Of a stretch of 64,000 nt of DNA, positions 34,775-43,769 are shown piece by piece. The DNA is taken from the IMG/VR virus record IMGVR_UViG_3300032046_000003, positions 64,001-128,000 of that record. One strand, 5' to 3'. The notes beneath the pieces were generated by a model that was not told the DNA's origin, did not search any database, and was given only the letters and a program-made list of their open reading frames with translations. Each line of letters opens with the position of its first letter. Within the stretch, counting starts at the first letter, position 1. Made by a program: the position numbers and the translations under genes. This stretch comes from a virus. Taxonomy: Duplodnaviria; Heunggongvirae; Uroviricota; Caudoviricetes.

Positions 34775-37519
34775 ATGAGCAGCAATTTCCCAGCAGGTTA
34801 TGATACATTCACGACAAAATTAGATAATATCGACAGAATATACGCAGATCATGTGAACAAGCTGCAAGACGCAACCGGCAAAATAGAACTTGAGTTGGGC
34901 CTGGGCGCCAAAGGAGCCGCCGCCAATTTGACCGATAGGCTGGCGACAGCTCATGATGGCTATGGAAACATAGTCGACTATTATTACAACACTAGTGGAA
35001 GCACCTTAGTCCCAGGTCAGGTTGTAATTGTAGACACTTTAGCTACTCTGTCTATAACTTTGAGTGGCGGAATAAACAACCCTGATGCCTTGGGAGTTGT
35101 CACTGAAACAACTTTGGCCGGAGAATTAACGCCTGTTTGCACTCATGGGACTATTGCCGCATATTTAACGGCCGAATTGTCAAATATAAACATTGGAGAC
35201 ACTTTAACCACAGCCTTACAGGCCGGATTTGCCACAAGATCAGACAACTTAACTAGGACCATTTTGGGCAGATCCAATGTTTCACTAACGGTTGGATCTT
35301 CTGGGATTTATTCTATTGCAATAGGCGGCGGATTCGGGGGATTATCAAATCACGCTCATGCCGGCGCAAATGATGGAGGATTGCTCGGAGATGATGTGGT
35401 AGATTCTAGAATATTAAAAGATGCTGATGATTATACAATGGCCAATCTTATAACTACCGTAGACGCACATGTGATGGGCAAACTTACAGTCGACGGGGCG
35501 ATCGACCCCACGGAACTAGACATGGGCGACGATCATCCAATATATTTTGACACAGCCAAACTTAATTATTTTTGGTATGATTCGGGCCTAAGCGGAATCA
35601 TAGGCGTTTCTAATTATTGGAACATTTCTAATACCAATTTGACCACTGGCATTAATATATCGAATACAAACATAAGCCTTACAACCGGGAATGTTATAGC
35701 AAACATATCGACTACGGAACTTCTTACACAAAGCATAGGCGTTCCGACAACCATATCGACACTTCCCGTAGGGGGGGGTTTTTCTTCATTCGGAATATCG
35801 TTGACAACTGGCAGTTCGACTGTTGATTCGGGGGATATAACCCTACAGACAGGAGCGGCGAGCGGAATCAGGGGGACGATAATTCTAGATTCTGATATAG
35901 TTGATGTGATGGGCATAGCCTCTTACAATGTCCACCCCTCGTTCACCCAAGACACGGAAATAGTCGACAAAAAATACGTAGACGATGCGGCCACAGGACT
36001 TAATCTGGGAACTGCCGCGGTAAAAGACACCGGTACTATTGACGGAACCATTCCTTTGATTGGCGCGGGAGACAAGCTTCCCAGCAGTATAATTCCCGCG
36101 GTTAACATTAATGACACTTACGTGGTGGGAAGCTCGGGGGATCAATTGGCGCTTACGGTGGTTCAGGGAGATGTGGCCGTAAGAACCGATGAAAACAAAT
36201 CTTATATTAATACGACTGGCAACAATGCCAGCATGTCTGATTGGCAGGAATTATTAAGTCCGGGCAACGTTTTGGTTGTCAACGGGCAAACAGGAATAGT
36301 TGTTTTAACCGCGGATGATGTCGGGGCGGTTAGTAATACAGGCGATGAAACAATAGACGGAATAAAAACCTTCACTTCGTTTATAGTTACGCCAACAGAG
36401 GCGCCTTCGGCGGATTATCAAGTGGCGAATAAAAAATACGTGGATGACAGAAGTGCTACGGGCAGTCTTTGGAGTAGGGCCACTCCGTATACTTATCTTG
36501 ACAATGCCGCTGATTATGTTGGCATAAACACCCCGGTCCCTTGGCAAAATTTAACTATTAACGGCAGCGGATCCGATGTGGGCTTGGCCGTCGGGGATAA
36601 AGCATTATTTACCGGGGGACTAGTAAGACACGCCGTTGTGGGAAAACCCGCTGCCGCCGGTGGATGGACAGCAGGAGCTGGTTTTATTGACATTGTAGAA
36701 CAAACAACTGATGGAGATGCGACTGCTGGTAAACAAGGAACGAGAATGACTTTTTATACGACTAAAAGAAGTGGAGCGGGTGCTCTGACATTAAATCCCG
36801 CCATGTGCATAGGCGCCAATGGATTTGTAAGAATAGGAAATAAAGATTATGGATTTGGAGGCGTAGAAGAGCCTTATACTAAATTTACTGTTCATGCCGA
36901 CACTGGATATGACGCGGCCAGATTTGTTTGTGATGCGGGATATAGCGCTTTTTCAGTTGGTGCTGCTGGCAAAATTACGATAGATTCGGTAGGAAACCCT
37001 GGCGGTAGATTTTCTATATTAGATAACGGAGCTGTCGGCATAGGAACCGCAGCGCCTGCGGCCAAATTGTCCATTGAGGGCGGCTGCCACGTAGGCGGTA
37101 CATCGGACCCGGGAGATGATAATTTAACAGTTGATGGAACCTTATTGGTAGTAGGACAGGCGCGGGGAACCGCATTATCCGCCTGTTGGGATTTGGGAAC
37201 TAGCGCCTCTGTTACTAATGGAGTATTTATAATGTTAGTTCCATACCCTATAACTGTTACTAGCTTTATAGCTTATGCTCAAACAGCGCCTACCGGCGGA
37301 AGCGGGATAACCATTGACGTGACCAAGAATGGGACGAGCATATTTCCTACAAATCCAAAGGTTAATATCGCAAGCGGCGCCAATACGAGTTCGGGCGGCG
37401 TGCCGAATACAGTCTCGTTTACAACGGGAGATATAATGTCCGTAAATATCACAACAGTTGGCACTACGATCGCGGGAGGCAATCATTTGCTCGTTGACTT
37501 CTATGGAGTAAAGGCTTAA
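34775..37519 (+). CDS. Tail fibre/receptor-binding protein 2
   Basis: DKKYVD/NKKYVD hinge repeats, VGIG/GAVGIGT beta repeats; N- and C-termini paralogous to the 32277 ORF. Confidence 0.75.
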   Translation: MSSNFPAGYDTFTTKLDNIDRIYADHVNKLQDATGKIELELGLGAKGAAANLTDRLATAHDGYGNIVDYYYNTSGSTLVPGQVVIVDTLATLSITLSGGINNPDALGVVTETTLAGELTPVCTHGTIAAYLTAELSNINIGDTLTTALQAGFATRSDNLTRTILGRSNVSLTVGSSGIYSIAIGGGFGGLSNHAHAGANDGGLLGDDVVDSRILKDADDYTMANLITTVDAHVMGKLTVDGAIDPTELDMGDDHPIYFDTAKLNYFWYDSGLSGIIGVSNYWNISNTNLTTGINISNTNISLTTGNVIANISTTELLTQSIGVPTTISTLPVGGGFSSFGISLTTGSSTVDSGDITLQTGAASGIRGTIILDSDIVDVMGIASYNVHPSFTQDTEIVDKKYVDDAATGLNLGTAAVKDTGTIDGTIPLIGAGDKLPSSIIPAVNINDTYVVGSSGDQLALTVVQGDVAVRTDENKSYINTTGNNASMSDWQELLSPGNVLVVNGQTGIVVLTADDVGAVSNTGDETIDGIKTFTSFIVTPTEAPSADYQVANKKYVDDRSATGSLWSRATPYTYLDNAADYVGINTPVPWQNLTINGSGSDVGLAVGDKALFTGGLVRHAVVGKPAAAGGWTAGAGFIDIVEQTTDGDATAGKQGTRMTFYTTKRSGAGALTLNPAMCIGANGFVRIGNKDYGFGGVEEPYTKFTVHADTGYDAARFVCDAGYSAFSVGAAGKITIDSVGNPGGRFSILDNGAVGIGTAAPAAKLSIEGGCHVGGTSDPGDDNLTVDGTLLVVGQARGTALSACWDLGTSASVTNGVFIMLVPYPITVTSFIAYAQTAPTGGSGITIDVTKNGTSIFPTNPKVNIASGANTSSGGVPNTVSFTTGDIMSVNITTVGTTIAGGNHLLVDFYGVKA

Positions 37520-37555
37520 TAATATTTTAAACACAAGTTTAAGAAAGGCGCAAAA

Positions 37556-37717
37556 ATGGATTTAAATGAAATACTTAAATACATAAGCACTATAGGCTTT
37601 CCTATAGTTGTGGCTAGTTATTTATTATTATATGTGACTAAAGAAATTTCAGATCTTAATGATGCTGTTACCAAGTTGGACACTTTTATACGAATAAAAC
37701 TTGGGGGTGAAAAATAA
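37556..37717 (+). CDS. Small membrane protein, YvrJ-like holin candidate (53 aa; absent from ORF track)
   Basis: MDLNEILKYISTIGFPIVVASYLLLYVTKEISDLNDAVTKL: IGFPI.V..YLL single TM helix plus coiled tail; RBS AAGAAAGG; stop overlaps next ATG. Confidence 0.6.
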   Translation: MDLNEILKYISTIGFPIVVASYLLLYVTKEISDLNDAVTKLDTFIRIKLGGEK

Positions 37718-38007
37718 TGGACGTAAGCATAGGAAATGTTATTGGACTTGCACTAACCAGTTTAGTCACAGGCGGATTTTTAAATCAATGGATATTAAAG
37801 AGAAAATTTAATGGCGAGAGTTTAAAGTTTTTATTAGTATCATGTATAGCCTTGTTTATGATATGTGGGTACTTGTATTTCACGCAAGAATATTTGCACA
37901 AAATAGTTCTGTTTATAGGGTTAAACTCTTTAGCTCCTATGAGTTTGGGAATATTCATGGACGAGAAATACATTAGTACGTGGATTTATGGCAAAAATAA
38001 GAGGTAA
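37717..38007 (+). CDS. Multi-TM membrane protein (holin/antiholin candidate)
   Basis: Three hydrophobic segments and a basic C-terminus; translationally coupled to the previous gene. Confidence 0.5.
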   Translation: MDVSIGNVIGLALTSLVTGGFLNQWILKRKFNGESLKFLLVSCIALFMICGYLYFTQEYLHKIVLFIGLNSLAPMSLGIFMDEKYISTWIYGKNKR

Positions 38008-38011
38008 ATAA

Positions 38012-39655
38012 ATGGGTAAAACAGGCACAGGGCAACCTTTTGTATCTCCAGAAGATATAGTACAAAGACGCTGGGAACAAACAATAGACGCCGATAGGGT
38101 CACATTGATTGATTCTAGCGGTAACGTTATTAGTGCCCTCAATCCTTTGCCCACCAGTGCGACTATTTCTATAAGTGGTGGCGTGACTGTCGGTGGCCAG
38201 ATGGAGTTAAAAGACGGAGGCGGCAGCAATTTGGCCGCAATAGACGCTAATGGCGCCTTATCTGTAAAAATTCAAGACGATTCTGGGAATATTGCCTCTG
38301 TCACAAATGATTCATTAAATGTAAATATTAATTCAGCTACCTGCACTCAAGCTGTAAGTGGAACAATTAACGCTATACAAAGTGGGAATTGGACTGTAAC
38401 TTCTAATGTGAGTGCGGGCACACAAGCAGTCAGTGGAACATTAATTGTAATTCAACCAAATGGCACAAATTTACATATAGTAGTAGATTCAGGGGATTTG
38501 AATGTATTAAACACTGTGGCTGTTTCAGGAACAATAATCGCAGATCAAGGCGGAAATTGGAACGTAACGGCTAATGCAGGAAGCGGCACATTCGATATAA
38601 GCGGAAACATTAATGCTGCCCAAAGTGGAGCTTGGAGTGTTAATGCTAACGCGGGAACTGGAACTTTTATCATAAGTGGTAGTGTTGATGCTGTCCAAAG
38701 CGGGATTTGGAACGTTAATGCCAATATGGGCACAAGCACCTTTAATGTAAGCGGAGATGTTAACGCAATTCAAAGTGGAGATTGGACAGTAACAGCCAAT
38801 GTAGGCGCGGGGACTCAAGCTGTTTCGGGAACTATAACAGTATTACAGCCCGATGGAAATGATTTGCATGTCGTTGTTGATTCTGGGAATATTGATATAG
38901 CCAATACGGTGGCTGTTAGTGGCATAATATTTGTCCAGCAAGATGGAGATTGGAGTATAACTTCTAACGCGGGTGCCGGAACTTTTGCTATAAGCGGTGA
39001 TATAAGTAATATTACTGGAATAATTTCTTTGCCAACTGGGGCTGCGACTTCTACTTTACAGGCATCTGGAAATGCTATTTTAATTAATGGCGCACAAGTC
39101 ACACAAATGCAAGGGTATATTAATGACACTGTTTTAAGAACAGCGAGAGTAGACAGCGCGACTCATGTAATAAAAACAATAGAGTATGAGCACTCAGAAA
39201 TTCATGATGGTGACATGTTTGTTTGTTCTAATATAGTATCAAGTTTGGGGGCGGGAGCGACTCATACAGTAATAATTAATACCCCCGATACTACAAAATG
39301 GGTTCATGCTGTTTTTGCAATAGATGCTGGCAATGAATGTACAATAGCAATTTATGAGACAGTAACGACACTTACCGATGGCACGGCTCTTACGGCAATC
39401 AACAGGAATAGAAATAGTGCAACAACCCCAACAATAACAGCTTTTCACACACCAACTAATTTAAGTTTAGCAGGAGCAACATTAATTTATACAAGAAGAT
39501 TCGGTGAAACAACTACAGGAGAGTCAACTAGAGGAGTTCACGAGTTTATATTAAAACAAGGAACAAAATACGCTGTGCAAATAACCAATAATGCCACTAC
39601 TGCGGACAATTTCGGATATTATGCTGACTGGTACGAGCATACGGATAAAAACTAG
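38012..39655 (+). CDS. Fibre-like structural protein with ~23-aa beta repeats
   Basis: Repeats of the form SG...A.Q.G.W.V.AN.G.GT; C-terminal EHSEIHDG domain. Confidence 0.65.
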   Translation: MGKTGTGQPFVSPEDIVQRRWEQTIDADRVTLIDSSGNVISALNPLPTSATISISGGVTVGGQMELKDGGGSNLAAIDANGALSVKIQDDSGNIASVTNDSLNVNINSATCTQAVSGTINAIQSGNWTVTSNVSAGTQAVSGTLIVIQPNGTNLHIVVDSGDLNVLNTVAVSGTIIADQGGNWNVTANAGSGTFDISGNINAAQSGAWSVNANAGTGTFIISGSVDAVQSGIWNVNANMGTSTFNVSGDVNAIQSGDWTVTANVGAGTQAVSGTITVLQPDGNDLHVVVDSGNIDIANTVAVSGIIFVQQDGDWSITSNAGAGTFAISGDISNITGIISLPTGAATSTLQASGNAILINGAQVTQMQGYINDTVLRTARVDSATHVIKTIEYEHSEIHDGDMFVCSNIVSSLGAGATHTVIINTPDTTKWVHAVFAIDAGNECTIAIYETVTTLTDGTALTAINRNRNSATTPTITAFHTPTNLSLAGATLIYTRRFGETTTGESTRGVHEFILKQGTKYAVQITNNATTADNFGYYADWYEHTDKN

Positions 39656-39852
39656 TGCCATCATCAAAAGATATATTACAAGAAATTAGAGATAAACAGA
39701 ATAGTTTTACTGTTATTAGCTTCACTTATAATGTAGACAAAACTATTCACACAATGATTGAATTTTGTCCTGCAAGCGGTGTGACTAGAACGTCAACTTT
39801 CGCTTATAATGTCGACGGAACAATAGACACAGTAACAGTAGTATACTCATGA
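39655..39852 (+). CDS. Small hypothetical protein (YD-like TYN.D repeats)
   Basis: GTG start; FTYNVDKTI / FAYNVDGTI duplication. Confidence 0.5.
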   Translation: MPSSKDILQEIRDKQNSFTVISFTYNVDKTIHTMIEFCPASGVTRTSTFAYNVDGTIDTVTVVYS

Positions 39853-40100
39853 TAGATATAACCAAGCCAAGATATGAAAGAATAGGAGAATGCGGGAGAT
39901 GCGGCGAATGTTGCGCAAATGAGGAATGCGAATATCTTAAAATAGAAAATAAAATATATACTTGTATGATTTATGATGATCCCAATAGACCTGAAAAATG
40001 CAAGATATTTCCGGCTAATCCTCCAATAGTATTCAAAAAATGTAAATATAAATTTTATGATAAATGGGAAAATATAACTCTAAAGGCCGGTGAAATATAA
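39849..40100 (+). CDS. CxxCxxCC (YkgJ-like) metal/Fe-S-binding protein
   Basis: CGRCGECC...C.YL......C.IY...RP..C..FP. Confidence 0.7.
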   Translation: MIDITKPRYERIGECGRCGECCANEECEYLKIENKIYTCMIYDDPNRPEKCKIFPANPPIVFKKCKYKFYDKWENITLKAGEI

Positions 40101-41693
40101 ATGGGCACAGTAGCGGTTGCGGGAACAGCTTACACACAAATAAGTACTTGTGATACTACGACAGCGGGGGGAGCTTGGAGTGGAACAACGCCTACTGCTG
40201 ATACAGGCGCTTTTAAAGAAGGAGCGGGTTCGCTGTCTTTTATAGTTAAGACTTCAGGAAACAATGATATGATATTCACTCCCACTACTCCAGTAAATCT
40301 ATTGAACAAGCATTTAAGATTCTGGATTATTTCAACACACGGAGCTCTATTAAATACCTATGCCGCGGGTGGAATACAAATAGGATTAACAGGCGATTCT
40401 GGTACCCATCAAGGCTTTTGGCTGATTTCCGGCAAAAGTGGTACTTATCCATATCCAGGCGGCTGGTATAATTGTGTATTAGATACTTCTTTAGCCGCTG
40501 ATTCGGGAACAAAGCCGACCGATATGACGTCTATTTCTGTTATTACAATTAGAATCAATCTAACAGGCGCTGGTAAAAATTCCGCGAATACCTGGATAGA
40601 TAATATTTGTGTGTGTGACGGATTAACCGTATATGGGGATAATGGCGGAGCTTATATGGATTTTGATACTATTAATACTAAAGAAGAAACTGCTGTTGGT
40701 GGGGGCTGGGGAGTATTAAGAAAAATAGGAGGACAATATTTCTTAACAGGAGGCTTAACTTTTGGAGATACAGCGGGTACAGCGACTAAGTTTCAGGCAA
40801 AATCACAAATAGCAGTATTCGAGAATAGAAAAGTAGCTAGCACACTTTATGGGATAACAGTGGTTGATAGCGGAGGGGGGGCGAGTACGACAGAGTTTAT
40901 TCTAGGTTCTAAAGCAGGAACGGCAGGAATAGAAGGCTGCGTTATAAGAGTCCAAGATTCTACGCAAACTCCTAAGTTCAAAATAGACGGCGGAACAGAT
41001 GCAGATGTCGATAATTTTAAGCTTTATGGCACTACATTTTTTGATGCTTCTACCTTTAAATTTCCGGCGAATTCAGCAAATGTGGAAGTATTGAATTGCA
41101 ATTTTGAGACAAGCGATGAAGTGTTGGCAACAACTTGTGTTATAAAGAACTGCAATTTTATTTCAGCAAACGATGAGGGGGTTGCATTAATATCAGGAAA
41201 TACACACAACATAACTTATAGTAATTTTATGAATTGCCCCTATGGAATAAGAATTCCAACGGCAGGTACTTATTCTTTTAATGGATTGAAATTTATAAAC
41301 AACACTAAAGATATAGATAATACAAGCGGCGGAACAGTTCATTTAGATTGTAGTAATTTAGCCGATCCAACAACATATACAGGAACTGTAGAAATAGATA
41401 ATCCGGTTGTTTTAACTCTAACAAGTATAGCGTCTGGCAGCGAAGTAAGAATTTATACTCACGGAACAACGACAGAATTAGACGGGATAGAAAATACGGC
41501 CACAGCTGATCCTAATGATGCTGCAAAAACTATTTTTATTTATAATTATACTTATGCGGCAAGTACCTATGTAGACATTGCTATTCATAAAGCAGACAAA
41601 ATTTATTATAGAATAGAAAATTATAATTTAGGGACAAGTAATGCTAGTCTTCCGATCAGTCAACAGACAGACAGACAATATAGTAATCCATAA
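40101..41693 (+). CDS. Tail-associated protein with right-handed beta-helix segment
   Basis: NCNF/YSNF/GLKF pectate-lyase-like repeats in the C-terminal third. Confidence 0.55.
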   Translation: MGTVAVAGTAYTQISTCDTTTAGGAWSGTTPTADTGAFKEGAGSLSFIVKTSGNNDMIFTPTTPVNLLNKHLRFWIISTHGALLNTYAAGGIQIGLTGDSGTHQGFWLISGKSGTYPYPGGWYNCVLDTSLAADSGTKPTDMTSISVITIRINLTGAGKNSANTWIDNICVCDGLTVYGDNGGAYMDFDTINTKEETAVGGGWGVLRKIGGQYFLTGGLTFGDTAGTATKFQAKSQIAVFENRKVASTLYGITVVDSGGGASTTEFILGSKAGTAGIEGCVIRVQDSTQTPKFKIDGGTDADVDNFKLYGTTFFDASTFKFPANSANVEVLNCNFETSDEVLATTCVIKNCNFISANDEGVALISGNTHNITYSNFMNCPYGIRIPTAGTYSFNGLKFINNTKDIDNTSGGTVHLDCSNLADPTTYTGTVEIDNPVVLTLTSIASGSEVRIYTHGTTTELDGIENTATADPNDAAKTIFIYNYTYAASTYVDIAIHKADKIYYRIENYNLGTSNASLPISQQTDRQYSNP

Positions 41694-41702
41694 GGAAAAA
41701 AT

Positions 41703-41906
41703 ATGCACAAAATAATAAAAACAACGGATGAGAAATATTTAGGAAGATTGATTGACATAAATAATCAAAACGTGTTATTAAATGATTTTATTTTTAAGAT
41801 TGCTAAAGTAACGTATCGAGATGATATTATCGAATTAAGTAATGGAGATTATATAATAGAAGTCGAATTAATAAATGAGTTAAAAAATAAGGAGGAAACA
41901 AAATGA
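41703..41906 (+). CDS. Hypothetical protein
   Basis: Short ORF with RBS AAGGA in a contiguous operon. Confidence 0.45.
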   Translation: MHKIIKTTDEKYLGRLIDINNQNVLLNDFIFKIAKVTYRDDIIELSNGDYIIEVELINELKNKEETK

Positions 41907-43279
41907 CTGCGTTAATAATAGACCCAGATAATCTAGTCGATCCTACTAGTATAGCTATTGATGTAGGAGCAAAAACTGTTCAGTTAATCAAAGCAGGAAA
42001 TTTGGGAGATGAAGGGGTAACCATAAAATGTGTTTACTCAAAATTGAAGGAATTGTGGAAGAGTGATACGACATATATTAAGTATCCATTTCCAATGGGT
42101 CCAATCACAGATGAACAGTTTGAAATGGTCAATGGTTGGGATTGGAAAGATGATACTACGAGATATTTGTTAAGAACGGGTGGCTGGGCGGTAAAAGACG
42201 CGGGTGGCATAAGTTTAGAAGAATGGGCTGGAATAGTTTCGTTAGGCTCGATTGATTCAGATGATCAAGCTTATTTTTTGCAATCAGATACAGTGGCAGT
42301 TTCTGGCTTTCAGTTAACAGGACCTATAAATCAAGCGATAAAAGTTTATGGTGACGGATCGCATGGGAGTATTGATTATAGAGGTTATTTGAAAATTTAT
42401 TGCAGAATTTATCAAAAGTCTTATGCTTTCTCTCAAATAAGTGACATCGGTGTTGCTTCATTAACTTATCAAGCATACAGGTTTCCATTGGCAAATGCAG
42501 CTGATATTAAAATTACGCATAATGATGCAGCAATGTCAGGAGTTCCATATTCAGGAATGGATATAACTTGGTCTGCAGCACCAGTACAGAGAGACATAGG
42601 CGGAACTAATAGAGATTTCCATGTAATAATTGATGGAAATAATGCCACAGCAGAACAAATTTACGAATATGTTCAGTATCAATTAAGACAAGTGGGAGAT
42701 ATAGACGCTGGCGCCGGAGAACAATTAGGACAGAAAACAGGAACATTGTTAAATTTTGTTGGTGATACTCTTTATACAAATGAAGTAACAGAGGGTGGAG
42801 TATTTATTGATAATTATCTACCAGCAGATATTAATAGATTAGTTTTTATTGATGATTTAGGGGAATCAAGAACATTTCCTTATACAGCAGTGTTAACATT
42901 AAATTTCGGTGACAATTTGAAGAACGATCCAAACGCAAAATATTGGGTTTACTTCACCAATGATGATGCTGGATCTAATGCTGGGTATGATTATGGAACA
43001 AGTGATGCAATATTAGTAGAAGATGCTTCAGAAATAACCATGACTGCCGGTGTTAGCGGAGCATCATCTGTTCAGTTAACGTTTGCTTATGATACAAATG
43101 AACAAAGAGGAAATACAGCTCCAAATGAATCACCAGCTGATGATGCACTAATAACTTGTGTAGCTATTGGATTATCAACAGGACAGTTTGTAAAAGCTAC
43201 AGGAACAATAGCAAAAAGTACAGCAAATAGCGTTTCACTTGTCGCGCCTCTGGAAAGAAATTACAGCAACCCTGCGTAA
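41903..43279 (+). CDS. Virion structural protein (unknown function)
   Basis: 458-aa ORF with strong RBS; acidic, beta-rich; in the fibre cluster. Confidence 0.55.
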   Translation: MTALIIDPDNLVDPTSIAIDVGAKTVQLIKAGNLGDEGVTIKCVYSKLKELWKSDTTYIKYPFPMGPITDEQFEMVNGWDWKDDTTRYLLRTGGWAVKDAGGISLEEWAGIVSLGSIDSDDQAYFLQSDTVAVSGFQLTGPINQAIKVYGDGSHGSIDYRGYLKIYCRIYQKSYAFSQISDIGVASLTYQAYRFPLANAADIKITHNDAAMSGVPYSGMDITWSAAPVQRDIGGTNRDFHVIIDGNNATAEQIYEYVQYQLRQVGDIDAGAGEQLGQKTGTLLNFVGDTLYTNEVTEGGVFIDNYLPADINRLVFIDDLGESRTFPYTAVLTLNFGDNLKNDPNAKYWVYFTNDDAGSNAGYDYGTSDAILVEDASEITMTAGVSGASSVQLTFAYDTNEQRGNTAPNESPADDALITCVAIGLSTGQFVKATGTIAKSTANSVSLVAPLERNYSNPA

Positions 43280-43289
43280 GGATTGAATA

Positions 43290-43751
43290 ATGGGATATAG
43301 TTTTGATGGAATAACAAAAATAATTACGTTAACTTCTGGAACTACAGAGATTGATGTGGTTGATTTATACTCCCGTTGGAAAGATTGGATTAAATCTAAC
43401 GGGAGTAAGTTTCCTCAAGCTATATACGTCGTAGGAGGAGACCCGGTTAATGAAAGCGCCGGTATTTATGTCACTAGTTACTTTTTCCTTTTAAATGGAT
43501 GGAGAATAAAACCACAAGAAGCAAATCATACTCTTAATGTAATAGGCGGAGTGCTATTGGTGGATGGTGGTGGAGATCCTTTTATAGACACAAACGGGTA
43601 TTATATAGTTAGGATAAACTATTCGCAACCCACTAGAACAGAAACCATTAAGTTGCCGGGAGGCAGCGGACTAACGAGTGATGAGCACAGTAAGCTTTAT
43701 GATACGAATCAAAAGGTAGGCGTTACACAAGCGTTGGTAATGATAAAATAA
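43290..43751 (+). CDS. Virion structural protein (unknown function)
   Basis: YSFDG..K.I.L..G...DV.DLYSRWKDW...NGWRIKP pattern. Confidence 0.5.
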   Translation: MGYSFDGITKIITLTSGTTEIDVVDLYSRWKDWIKSNGSKFPQAIYVVGGDPVNESAGIYVTSYFFLLNGWRIKPQEANHTLNVIGGVLLVDGGGDPFIDTNGYYIVRINYSQPTRTETIKLPGGSGLTSDEHSKLYDTNQKVGVTQALVMIK

Positions 43752-43769
43752 GAGATAGGGAGAAAAAAA

